NCBI GenBank assembly: GCA_039923495.1
Contig: JBDTCO010000087.1
Location: 14,404 to 78,403 of the forward strand
Length of the DNA stretch: 64,000 nucleotides
Source of the DNA: Polyangia bacterium
GTDB taxonomy: Bacteria; Myxococcota_A; Polyangia; Palsa-1104
Direction: 5' to 3'
The notes below the pieces were generated by a model. The model did not search any database and was not told where the DNA came from. It saw nothing but the letters and a program-made list of their open reading frames with translations. The translations under genes and the position numbers were made by a program. This document shows positions 42,798 through 54,742 of this stretch, piece by piece (position 1 is the stretch's first letter; each line of letters starts with the position of its first letter).

Positions 42798-43717
42798 TCG
42801 CGGTAATGACCGCGGCAATGACCGCGCCGCTCCTCGTGCTCGCCGGGCCGACGGCGAGTGGCAAGACGGCCGTCGCGCTGCAGCTCGGGGAGCGCCTGCC
42901 CATCGAGGTCGTGTCGCTCGACTCGGTGCAGGTCTATCGTGGGCTCGATGTCGGCTCCGCGAAGCCGTCGCTCGACGAGCGCCGCCGTCTCCCGCACCAC
43001 GCGGTCGATCTCGTGGATCCGGACGCGCGCTACTCGACGGCCGACTGGTTGCACGCGGCCGAGGTCGCGATCGCCGACATCCGCGCGCGTGGCCGGATCC
43101 CGCTCGTCGTCGGCGGCACGGGCCTGTACTGGCGCGCGTTGACCACGGGCCTCGCGGAGCTGCCATCGGCTGACGACGCGCTGCGGGGCTCGCTCGTCGC
43201 AGAGGAGGCCGCGCAGCCCGGGGCGTTGCACGCGCGGCTCGCGAGGATCGATGCGCCGAGCGCTGCACGCCTGGCACCGCGCGACACGCTGCGCCTGGTG
43301 CGCGCGCTCGAGGTGCACCACGTGTCGGGCCGTCCCCTGTCGGAGCACCTGGCGCAGCACGCGGCGTCGCGCATCGATCGTGGCGTGCAGACCATCGTGC
43401 TCGATCGCAGCGACGAGGACTTGAGGCACGCGATCGAACAGCGCACGCAGACGATGATCGAGACGGGGCTCGTGGAGGAGGCGCGCAGGCTTCGCCAGCG
43501 CTGGGGTGCGGTGCGTCCGCTCGACGCCGTCGGCTACAGGGAAGCGCTGCAGCTCGTCGATGGGGTCTTTGCGGAGCGGGAGCTGCTGCCGCGCATCGTC
43601 ACGGCGACCTGGCAGTTCGCGCGTCGCCAGCGCACGTGGTTCCGCAAGGCGGGCGCATCGCTGAACGAGACCGACGCGCTGGCGGCGATCTACGCGAGCG
43701 CGTTGACGGTGCGCTGA
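42794..43717 (+). CDS. miaA: tRNA dimethylallyltransferase
   Basis: ATGA overlap with mutL stop; LVLAGPTASGKT (P-loop), SLDSVQVYRGLDVGSAKP, GGTGLYWRAL. Confidence 0.9.
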   Translation: MIAVMTAAMTAPLLVLAGPTASGKTAVALQLGERLPIEVVSLDSVQVYRGLDVGSAKPSLDERRRLPHHAVDLVDPDARYSTADWLHAAEVAIADIRARGRIPLVVGGTGLYWRALTTGLAELPSADDALRGSLVAEEAAQPGALHARLARIDAPSAARLAPRDTLRLVRALEVHHVSGRPLSEHLAQHAASRIDRGVQTIVLDRSDEDLRHAIEQRTQTMIETGLVEEARRLRQRWGAVRPLDAVGYREALQLVDGVFAERELLPRIVTATWQFARRQRTWFRKAGASLNETDALAAIYASALTVR

Positions 43718-45006
43718 AGCTGTCGCCGCTGCGCCGCGCCGAGCAAGCCGACCGCAGCGACAGTGATGCGCTCCTTGCGAAAGATGCGCGCGGCGGTGCG
43801 GCGCACGTCGTCGGGCGTGACGGCGGCGATGCGCGCGAGCTTGGCCTCGTACGACACCGGTCCCCCGAACAGCTCGGTGCCACCCCACCAGCTGGCCATC
43901 GCGTCGGGATCGTCGAACGTGGACTCGAGGTCCCACCGGTAGCGGCGCTTCGCCTTGTCGAGCTCCTCGAGGGACGGCACCTCGGTGCGCAGCCTCCACA
44001 GCACGCGCAGCGCCTCGTCGAGCATCGCGGGCACGTTGTCGTGCGCCGCGGCGCCGTCGATCTCGAAGAGCCCCGTGTCGTGGAAGTGCTCGCACGACCC
44101 GGACACGTAGTAGGCGAGCCCGAGCTCGTCGATCATGCGCCGGTGCAGCCGCGTCGACATCCCGTCGTCGACGATGCGCGAGAGCATGAGCAGCGGCGCG
44201 TACATCGGATCCGTCTCGCCGAAGGTGCGAAACAGCACCTGGAGCTGCGTCTGCGAGCTCGCGTGCCTGGTGATGACGACCTCGGGCTTGGTCGGTTGCT
44301 TCGGCGGCGTGGCCTTGAGGCGCTTGCCCGTCGGAACCGCTGCGAACGCGCGCCTCACGAGCGGCAGCACCTTGCCATGTCGCACCGCACCCGAGATGCA
44401 CAGCAGCATGTTCGCGCCGCCGTAGCCGTGCGCAAAATGTCGGCGCACGTCGGTGGGCGCAAAGCCCTTGACGTTGTCGCGCGTGCCGATGATGCGCTGC
44501 CCGAGCTTGTGGTCCGGGAACGCCGCCGCACGTGCGATGTCGTCGATCTGGATGAAGCGGCCCTTGTCGTCGAGGTCCTCGCTCATCTCCTCGAGGATCA
44601 CGCGGCGCTCGACGTCGAGGTCCGCGAAGACCGGCACGGAGAAGATCTCGCCGAACAGCTCGATGCCGGCGGCCAGCGAGTCGGGGTGCAAACTCACCTG
44701 GTAGAGCGAGTAGTCGCGGCCTGTCTCGGCGTAGAGCGTGCCGCCGATGGCCTCGATGGCCTGGCTCAGGCGGTACGCGTCGGGTAGCGCCTTCGTGCCG
44801 CGAAACAGCATGTGCTCGAGGAAGTGCGAGAGCCCGTTGTCGCGTGCGCTCTCGTAGCGGGACCCGACCTTCGCGTACATGACGATCGAGACCGAGTGCA
44901 GGTGCGGCAGCTCGATGGTCACGAACGGGAGGCCGCTCGGCAGTTCATCGAGGTGGCGGCGGAAGGGGAGTCGCTTCGTCGGCAAGAGGCGCTCATCTTG
45001 AGCCAC
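43690..45006 (-). CDS. M16-family (pitrilysin/insulinase-like) zinc peptidase
   Basis: HFLEHMLF (HxxEH inverted zincin motif) plus downstream E residues; 28-bp convergent overlap with miaA. Confidence 0.85.
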   Translation of the reverse strand: MAQDERLLPTKRLPFRRHLDELPSGLPFVTIELPHLHSVSIVMYAKVGSRYESARDNGLSHFLEHMLFRGTKALPDAYRLSQAIEAIGGTLYAETGRDYSLYQVSLHPDSLAAGIELFGEIFSVPVFADLDVERRVILEEMSEDLDDKGRFIQIDDIARAAAFPDHKLGQRIIGTRDNVKGFAPTDVRRHFAHGYGGANMLLCISGAVRHGKVLPLVRRAFAAVPTGKRLKATPPKQPTKPEVVITRHASSQTQLQVLFRTFGETDPMYAPLLMLSRIVDDGMSTRLHRRMIDELGLAYYVSGSCEHFHDTGLFEIDGAAAHDNVPAMLDEALRVLWRLRTEVPSLEELDKAKRRYRWDLESTFDDPDAMASWWGGTELFGGPVSYEAKLARIAAVTPDDVRRTAARIFRKERITVAAVGLLGAAQRRQLQRTVNALA

Positions 45007-45052
45007 GACGAAGGGTTGTCAACGACGGACGCGAACCCGTAGGCTGGTAGCG

Positions 45053-46777
45053 GTGGAGGGCCCCCGTTACCGCATGCTCGAGCGTCTGGGGCAAGGCGGC
45101 ATGGCGACGGTCTGGCGCGCCGAAGATCGCCAGCTCGGGCGCGATGTGGCGGTGAAGGTGCTGCTGCCGCTGTTCGCCGATCGGCCCGCCGCGCAGGAGC
45201 GCTTCTTCCGCGAGGCGCGTGCGCTCGCGACCATCCGCCACCCGAACGTGCTGCAGCTCTTCGACTTCCTTCCCGCGACGCAGGACGAGCCCGCGCGCCT
45301 CGTGATGGAGCGCTTGCAGGGACCTTCACTGCAGCGCTTCGTCGTCGATGCGGGCGCGCCGCTGCCCGAGCTCGCGGCGCTCGTCGGTGCCGAGATCGGC
45401 GCGGGGCTCGTCGCCGTGCACGCGCGCGGCATCGTGCACCGCGACGTGAAGCCCGAGAACGTGCTGCTCGACGAAGGGCGCGTCGTCCTCACCGACTTCG
45501 GCGTCGCGCGCGTGCAGACGCTCGACGCGGCGCTCACGCAGACCGGCGACATCATCGGTTCGCCCGCGTACATGAGCCCCGAGCAGACGCGCGGTGACGC
45601 GGTCGACCAGGCGAGCGATCAGTTCTCACTAGGCAGTCTGCTGTACTGGCTCGCGAGTGGGCGCGCGCCGTTCTCGGGGCCGCACCCGCTCGTCGTGATG
45701 CAGAAGATCGAGCGCGTCGAGGTGATGCCGCTCGGGTCGTGCAACCCGCGCGTGCCGGCGTGGCTCGACCGCGTCGTGCGGCGCTGTCACGCGCGCGCGC
45801 CGGCCGATCGCTATCCCGACATGGCCGCGCTCGTTGCGGCGTTGCGCACCGGTCTCTCCGACGATGGCTTCGGCGAGCCCGCCGTCGAGCTGCGCGCGTA
45901 CTTCGCGGCGCCGCCCACGTGGAACGAGTCCGTCGCCGCGCGCGTCGTGCCGGCACGCCTCGGGGACGCGGAGCGTGCGCTCCTCGAGGGCCGTCGTGCG
46001 CGTGCGCTGGTCTCGGCGGAGCGGGTCCTGCAGCTCGATCCGGATCAGCTGCGCGCCCAGATGATCGTTTCCAAGCTCACGACGGGGCGCTCGCGCGTGC
46101 TGCTCGTGGCGGGCGTCGTCGCGGCGCTCGTCGTCGCGGGGATCCCTCTCGCGCTGCGCGCGAGACACGTCGTGCCGCGCGTCGCTGTGAGTCCGCCTGT
46201 CGTCGCGGACAAGCCACCGATGCGCGAGCCGGTCGTGGCGATGGTGACCGTACCTGCCGCTCCGCGCATCACGAGCCCTCCGATCAAGAAGCCGCACGTG
46301 AAGCAGACGGCGCCCATCGTGGAGCTGTCTCGCCCTACACCCGTCGCTGTGGTCGCAGCGCCGCCCGCACCCGCGATGCTGACCGTGCGCACATCGCCGT
46401 GGTGCGACCTCACGGTCGATGGCAAGGCGGCAGGTCGCACGCCGCAGGCGCTGGCCCTGCCGGCGGGCGAGCACCGGCTGCGCTGCACCAACCCATCGGG
46501 CGGTCTCCTCGAGCGCACCGTGGCGCTCTCGGCCGGCGCGACCAAGGACGTGGAGGCGCGGCTCGATGCGCAGACGCTCGTGACGTCGCACCTCGTGCGC
46601 GGTGACACCGTGTCGATCGACGATCAGCCGGTGCACGGCAGCCTCCGCATCACCGCCGGTCGGCACCGCGTGTCGCTGCAGCGGGCAAGCGTCGTGATCG
46701 ACACGCGCTGGCTCGACGTCCCGCAGACCGGCTGCGCGCTCTTCGACCAGCCCGAGCTACGCTGCGAGCGTCCATGA
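45053..46777 (+). CDS. Ser/Thr protein kinase with TM segment and C-terminal PEGA domain
   Basis: LGQGGMATVWRA...AVKVL; VHRDVKPENVLL; TDFGVAR; YMSPEQ; TM LLVAGVVAALVVAGIPLAL; PEGA-like MLTVRTSPWCDLTVDGKAAGRTPQAL. Confidence 0.88.
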   Translation: MEGPRYRMLERLGQGGMATVWRAEDRQLGRDVAVKVLLPLFADRPAAQERFFREARALATIRHPNVLQLFDFLPATQDEPARLVMERLQGPSLQRFVVDAGAPLPELAALVGAEIGAGLVAVHARGIVHRDVKPENVLLDEGRVVLTDFGVARVQTLDAALTQTGDIIGSPAYMSPEQTRGDAVDQASDQFSLGSLLYWLASGRAPFSGPHPLVVMQKIERVEVMPLGSCNPRVPAWLDRVVRRCHARAPADRYPDMAALVAALRTGLSDDGFGEPAVELRAYFAAPPTWNESVAARVVPARLGDAERALLEGRRARALVSAERVLQLDPDQLRAQMIVSKLTTGRSRVLLVAGVVAALVVAGIPLALRARHVVPRVAVSPPVVADKPPMREPVVAMVTVPAAPRITSPPIKKPHVKQTAPIVELSRPTPVAVVAAPPAPAMLTVRTSPWCDLTVDGKAAGRTPQALALPAGEHRLRCTNPSGGLLERTVALSAGATKDVEARLDAQTLVTSHLVRGDTVSIDDQPVHGSLRITAGRHRVSLQRASVVIDTRWLDVPQTGCALFDQPELRCERP

Positions 46778-46860
46778 CATCGATGTCGCGAACGCACCCG
46801 CGCACCGCCCGAATCTCCAGCGATCTTCACTGGAACGAGGCTTGCTGTGGGGAAGCCTCG

Positions 46861-48072
46861 ATGCGTGTCGCGCTCCTCGCTCTCGTGATCGGCCTCGGTG
46901 GCTGCCTGTTCGTCGGCGGCATCAATCGTGAGCCGACGGCGTCGATCCACGCCACGGACCTCACGGTGACGGGTGTCGGGGTGCCGGTGCACCTCGTCGT
47001 CGAGGTGTCCGACGATCAGCCGGACGCGCGCGCGGTCGTGACGGTGTTCGACGATCAGTGCGAGCCGCATCACGGATGCAGGGACGCGTCGCGGCAACCG
47101 CTCCCCGGCAGCCCGTCGTGCGTCGAGGCCACGCTCACGCCCACCGGTGGCGGCTACAGCGTCGTCTTCTACAGGGCGGGCGTGTACGTCGTGCAGGCGT
47201 CGCCCGTCGATCGCTACGGCGCCATCGGGTCGCCGGCGAGCCTCACCATCACCATCGTCGACGAGCCGCCCGTCCTCGGCGACGGGCTCCACGCGGGCTC
47301 CGCAGCGACGGCGTGCGGCGCGAGCTACACGGCGTCGAGGCCCGTGCCCATCGTGCTGGCGGAGGATGCCGTCGACCCCGAGGCGACGACCGTCGGTGCC
47401 GCGAGCTGCAGCGCCGTCGCACCGACGCTTGCCCACCACTGGTCCATCACGTCGCAGCCGACGGGCGCGGGGCGCCTCGGGCGCGCGACGACCACGGGCG
47501 CCTGCCCCGCCGTCGCGGTGGATCCTGCGATCGAGCTCGACACCGACATCACCGTCGTGTGCCTGTACCCGGATCCCACGGTCTCGTCCGTGACCTCGTC
47601 GACCTACGGCATCGAGCTCGCGATCGACGATGGCGTTCTGGCGAACACGATCGTCACGGACACGATGGTCTCCGTGCTCGGCGACTCCCCAGCCTGCCTC
47701 GGCGGCGTCTACCCGGGCCCCGGCAGCTACGTGGTCTCCGGTGAGGACCCCACGGTGTTCCAGGTCGTCGGCGCCGACGACGTGACGAGCGCAGGCGACC
47801 TCGACTTCACGTGGTCGCTCGAGCGCAACGGCGTGTGGGAGGTGGTGCTCGACGCGACGCGCGGCATCGACGGCGGCGCACGCCTCTCGCTCGATCCCAC
47901 CACCTACGGCTTCGCGGTCGGCGAGCACGTCACGCTCCGGGTCGACGTGACCGAGCCCGACGCGACGCCGTCTTGCGACGTCGCCGACGACAGCTGTCTC
48001 GTCGCCTCGTGCGTCGCGGCCCCGCAGACCACGTGCGCGAGTCGCGCGACGTGGTCCCTGGAGGTGCGCTGA
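46861..48072 (+). CDS. lipoprotein (beta-rich, Cys-containing)
   Basis: MRVALLALVIGLGGC lipobox. An in-frame ATG at 46774 overlaps the kinase stop (ATGA) but would bury the signal peptide, so the true start is uncertain. Confidence 0.65.
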   Translation: MRVALLALVIGLGGCLFVGGINREPTASIHATDLTVTGVGVPVHLVVEVSDDQPDARAVVTVFDDQCEPHHGCRDASRQPLPGSPSCVEATLTPTGGGYSVVFYRAGVYVVQASPVDRYGAIGSPASLTITIVDEPPVLGDGLHAGSAATACGASYTASRPVPIVLAEDAVDPEATTVGAASCSAVAPTLAHHWSITSQPTGAGRLGRATTTGACPAVAVDPAIELDTDITVVCLYPDPTVSSVTSSTYGIELAIDDGVLANTIVTDTMVSVLGDSPACLGGVYPGPGSYVVSGEDPTVFQVVGADDVTSAGDLDFTWSLERNGVWEVVLDATRGIDGGARLSLDPTTYGFAVGEHVTLRVDVTEPDATPSCDVADDSCLVASCVAAPQTTCASRATWSLEVR

Positions 48073-49856
48073 TGCGCGCGCTCGCCCTTCTGGGTCTCGC
48101 GCTCGTCGCATGCGGCGGTGGCGCCGCCGGCACGAGCGCCACGAACGACGCGGGCGCAACGAACAGCGACGCGTCAGCATCCGCCGACGGCTTCTGCTCG
48201 ACGCTGGTCACGGTGAGCGCGTCGTCGTCGGTGGCGCCGGCGATGCTCGTCGCGACCGCGCACGTCCAGACCATCGGCACACCGACGTGGACCGTCTCGG
48301 GCCCGAGCGGCCTCCTCGATCCGACGTACCTCGACTCGGGGCACTTCTCCGTATCGGTCGACGCGACCGCCCCCGGCACCTACACCTTCTTCTTGGACCT
48401 CAGCCCCGGCTGTCCTGGCGCCGCGAGCACGGTGCTCATGGCACCGAACGGCGTCGTGCAGCCCTACCGCCTGCGCCTCACGCCTCCGACCACGAGCGGG
48501 CTTCCCCAGCAGGACGCGCTCGTGAACACTTTCGGTGACACGCCGCAGCTCGCCGCCGACGTCACGTTGCAGACCGGCAGCGCGCTCACCGGGACGCTGC
48601 GTGGCCCAGGCGGCACGCCCGTTGCCATCGCTGGCCAGGTCGTGCTGCAGCCACAGAGCGGACCCCCGGTCCTCGCGCAGGTCGGGACGAGCGGTGCGTT
48701 CTCGCTGCCCATCCGGCTCGACGCGATGTACCAGCTCGTGCTGCTCCCGCTCGACGCCTCGCTCGCCCCGCGTCTGCTCGGTCCCACCGATGGGGCCACG
48801 CTGCAAGCGCAGGTCGTGAGCACGGTGCTCGACGCGGGCGCGACGGTGACCGGCCTGGTGCGCGGGCCATCGCTGCAGCCGCTCCCGAACGCGACCATCG
48901 CGCTGCGACGGGGCGTCCTGCAGAGCGGCGTCGGCATCGCTGGCGCTGACGGCAGCTACGCGCTCCACGCGGCGCCCGGGACGTACGATCTCGCCGTCAG
49001 CGCGACGGGGTGGCCGGACCTGTCGCTGTCCGGCGTCGATATCGCGATCGGTACGACACTCGGTGTCGATCTCACGATGTCGCGCGCGGTGGTCGGGCTC
49101 ACGATCGTCGCCGCGGATGGCTCCACGCCCGTCGGAGGCGCGAAGGTCACGGTCACGTCGTCGATCATCCCCTCGGCGGCCACCGTGCACACGTCGAGCG
49201 GCGATCGGACCGCTATCGGTCGGCTGCACCTCGAGGCCACGGCCGCGCCCGACGGCACGGTCGCGCTGCTACTGCCGCCGGCGGAGTACGACGTGCTCGT
49301 CGACCCGCGCAACGCGCCCGGCACGCTCACGGGCCGACACATCGTCGTCACCGGTGCCGGGTCGAGGATGTTCGCGCTCGGTGCATCGGTGCAGCTCTCC
49401 GGGCTCGTGACGGATGACGATGGGCACGCCGTTGGTGGTGCACGCGTCCGAGCGCGCGCCTCTGCGGGGGCTGCGCTCGAGACGAGCACGGACGCCACCG
49501 GGCACTACACGCTGTCCTCGCTGCCGAGCGGCGTCGCGCTCGGCCTCGAGGTGGTGCCACAGGTGGGCTCGCTCGCGTCGGCGCAGCGCACACTCGGGGA
49601 CGCGACCCAGCTTGGCGGCACGCTCCCCGCGATGGCCAACGTCACGCTGCCGCTCGGCCTCACGCTGGCGGGCGTCGTGCGCTCGCCGCTCGGCATCCCG
49701 CTCGCCGGCGTCTCGATCGACGTGCTGTGCGCGACGTGCGGCGACGCGACGCCGCTCTACCACACCGACACGAGCGGCTCGGGAGGCTACACGCTGTACC
49801 TGCCCGATCCGGGCGTCACCCACGTGGATGGCGGGAGCGATTCCGGTACGCCTTGA
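48072..49856 (+). CDS. lipoprotein with repeated carboxypeptidase-regulatory-like (CarboxypepD_reg / Cna-B-like) domains
   Basis: MRALALLGLALVACGG lipobox; repeated G.V...G.P..GA.V......TD..G.Y.L..LP.G modules. Start overlaps upstream stop by 1 nt (TGATG). Confidence 0.7.
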   Translation: MRALALLGLALVACGGGAAGTSATNDAGATNSDASASADGFCSTLVTVSASSSVAPAMLVATAHVQTIGTPTWTVSGPSGLLDPTYLDSGHFSVSVDATAPGTYTFFLDLSPGCPGAASTVLMAPNGVVQPYRLRLTPPTTSGLPQQDALVNTFGDTPQLAADVTLQTGSALTGTLRGPGGTPVAIAGQVVLQPQSGPPVLAQVGTSGAFSLPIRLDAMYQLVLLPLDASLAPRLLGPTDGATLQAQVVSTVLDAGATVTGLVRGPSLQPLPNATIALRRGVLQSGVGIAGADGSYALHAAPGTYDLAVSATGWPDLSLSGVDIAIGTTLGVDLTMSRAVVGLTIVAADGSTPVGGAKVTVTSSIIPSAATVHTSSGDRTAIGRLHLEATAAPDGTVALLLPPAEYDVLVDPRNAPGTLTGRHIVVTGAGSRMFALGASVQLSGLVTDDDGHAVGGARVRARASAGAALETSTDATGHYTLSSLPSGVALGLEVVPQVGSLASAQRTLGDATQLGGTLPAMANVTLPLGLTLAGVVRSPLGIPLAGVSIDVLCATCGDATPLYHTDTSGSGGYTLYLPDPGVTHVDGGSDSGTP

Positions 49857-49857
49857 C

Positions 49858-50970
49858 ATGCCTCCTCGCCCACGGCTGACTTGCCTGCGCGTGAGCCTGG
49901 AGACGCAGCGACGGTGGATCTTCGTGCTCGCGGGCCTCTCTGCGATGCCGTCCGCAGAGGCTGCGCCACGGCCGCCGCTTCAGCTGGCGGTCACTGCTGC
50001 AGGCGGGCTTCGCTACTTCGCACCCGAGGTGCAGCGCGCACTCGCCGACGACCTTCGGCACGGGGGCCTCGCGATCGCGAGCACGCCCGTCGAGAACTCG
50101 CTCCCTGTGACGGTCGCGCTCGAGGAGCGCCCGGGTGATCGCGTCGTCATCGCCGCGCGCATAAGGGGGCATCAGGTCGACGTGGAGGGCGCGGTCGAGT
50201 CGCTCGACGCGCTCGTCGAGGAGCTCGCGACGCGCGTCATCCCGCTGTGCGTGGGGCTCCCGGTCGACCTCGCCGCGCACCACGAGCAGCCGACGCACCC
50301 GCAGGTCAGCAGGCCCAAGCAAGTCGGATCGGAGTCACCGAGCCCGACGCCGGCACCCACTCCCCAGCCGACACCGGCGCCCGCTCAGCCGCCGCCGCCG
50401 CCCCCGCCCCAGCCGACGCTGCCAATGATACAGGCAGGCGTTCCGGCCGATCCGTACGGCCCCGACGCCCGTGTCGCCGAGGCGCCGGTGGAGAGGCCTT
50501 CGTTCATCCGCGGCCGCGTGGTGGTCCACACGCTCGCGGATCCGCCGGGCTCGCCGTCGGGCACCGGCGCGATCGCGACGCAGGCGCTCTATGCGACGTT
50601 GCAGCGCCAGCTTCACCAGTCGATCGTGCCGCTCGGCGTCGGCATCTCGCCGCCTGGTGCGGCGGCGGAGGAGGGCGTGCGAGCGCAGGCTCGCTTCGTC
50701 GTCATGGGGCGCCTCGACAGCTTTGCGCTGTACGCCGGTCCGACGGGGCCTATCGCCCGGCTGCGCATCGAGCTGGCGGTCGTGCGCGAGGGTCGCTTTC
50801 TCGTTCGCCGCGCGCTGTACGCGGAGACACCCGTCAACGCGGTCGCCAGCGCAGCCGCGGAGGGCAGGCGCGGCCGTCAGGTCGATCCCGTCTATCTCGC
50901 CGTGCTGCGCGCGCTCGACGGCGAGATCGGGGAGCTGTCGCTCGCACTCGGGAGCGATGGTGCGCGCTAG
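49858..50970 (+). CDS. hypothetical secreted protein with Pro-rich linker
   Basis: ATG 2 nt after upstream stop; SPSPTPAPTPQPTPAPAQPPPPPPPQPT linker; protein-like flanks. Confidence 0.55.
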   Translation: MPPRPRLTCLRVSLETQRRWIFVLAGLSAMPSAEAAPRPPLQLAVTAAGGLRYFAPEVQRALADDLRHGGLAIASTPVENSLPVTVALEERPGDRVVIAARIRGHQVDVEGAVESLDALVEELATRVIPLCVGLPVDLAAHHEQPTHPQVSRPKQVGSESPSPTPAPTPQPTPAPAQPPPPPPPQPTLPMIQAGVPADPYGPDARVAEAPVERPSFIRGRVVVHTLADPPGSPSGTGAIATQALYATLQRQLHQSIVPLGVGISPPGAAAEEGVRAQARFVVMGRLDSFALYAGPTGPIARLRIELAVVREGRFLVRRALYAETPVNAVASAAAEGRRGRQVDPVYLAVLRALDGEIGELSLALGSDGAR

Positions 50971-51799
50971 CCTCGTCCTCGCGCTGCTCGTGATCGCGGG
51001 CAACGCGCGCGCCGAGTTGCCGCCGCTCGTTGGTGAAGAGCGCGTCGAGCCACGATCCCCGTCTCCGCCTGCCACGGAAGCGCGCACAACGCAGGTCCGT
51101 CTCTCGAGCGCGCTGCACCGCTTCGAGTTCGGCGATTACGAGGCCGTGGTGGCCGAGCTCGAGTCCCTCGTCGAGGCGCGCGCGACCGCACTGTCTCTGG
51201 CCGATCGTCTCGAGGCGCTGCGTGCGTACGGCATCGCGTGCGTCCTCGTCGGCCGACGCACCGCGGCCGAGGGCGCGTTCCTGCTGCTGCTCGAGGCCGA
51301 TCCCGCTGCGGCGATGGATCCGGCGCTCGTGCGTCCCGAGGCCGTGCAGGTCTTCGATGACGTGCGTACGCGCAACCGCGCGACGCTCCGAGCGGCCTAC
51401 ACGCGCGGTCGCGGACGACGTCACGCCGTGCTCAACCTGTTGCCGCCGGCAGGCCAGCTCCAGAACCACGAGTACAAGAAGGGCTACACGCTGCTCGGCA
51501 TCGAGCTGGCGCTCATCGCCCTCGACGTGACGTCAGGCTCACTGCTGTACTCGTGGCGCGGCTCGCACCAGGACTTCCCCGGTCATGCGGATGCCGCGCG
51601 CGCGCTGCGGCCGGTCAACTGGGTGAGCTTCGGCACGCTCATCGGGGTGGCGCTCTACGGCATCATCGACGGCTTCGTGGTCGGCCATCGCCGCGCCGCC
51701 GAGGAGCAGCGCGCGCTCGACCGCTTCGGGCCGCCACAGGCAAAGCACACCTCCGTCGCGCTCGATCTGACGCAGGGTGGCGTCGGCGTTCGCTTCTAG
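50957..51799 (+). CDS. hypothetical membrane protein (signal peptide + TPR-like region + two C-terminal TM helices)
   Basis: MVRASLVLALLVIAGNARA; TM LLGIELALIALDV and WVSFGTLIGVALYGIIDGFVV. 14-bp overlap with upstream gene. Confidence 0.55.
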   Translation: MVRASLVLALLVIAGNARAELPPLVGEERVEPRSPSPPATEARTTQVRLSSALHRFEFGDYEAVVAELESLVEARATALSLADRLEALRAYGIACVLVGRRTAAEGAFLLLLEADPAAAMDPALVRPEAVQVFDDVRTRNRATLRAAYTRGRGRRHAVLNLLPPAGQLQNHEYKKGYTLLGIELALIALDVTSGSLLYSWRGSHQDFPGHADAARALRPVNWVSFGTLIGVALYGIIDGFVVGHRRAAEEQRALDRFGPPQAKHTSVALDLTQGGVGVRF

Positions 51800-52033
51800 A
51801 CCTCCGGGGGGCAGCACCAAGGGGCCGCGGACCCCACCCGCGTCATCGCAGCGGCGTTCAAGTGCCACTGCAGCGGTCTCGAGATCAAAAGCGATCTATT
51901 TAAGTGGCTGCATCGAGCACCTGGGGGTCACCTCCCCCGGCCGCGGCCCCACAAATTGCTTGTGCGCGAAATGTTCATCGAAGTACGATGGCCAAGAACG
52001 CGTGTGCTGTCCTCACGCGGCTCGACCCTGAGC

Positions 52034-54736
<2,703 letters not shown>

Positions 54737-54742
54737 GCGTGG

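Noticed and set aside
46774-46860. ATG 46774 (ATGA overlap with kinase stop) as start of the downstream lipoprotein
   Set aside because: It would place 29 charged, Cys-containing residues in front of the lipoprotein signal peptide (MRVALLALVIGLGGC), which should be N-terminal; 46861 chosen, but translational coupling from 46774 cannot be excluded.
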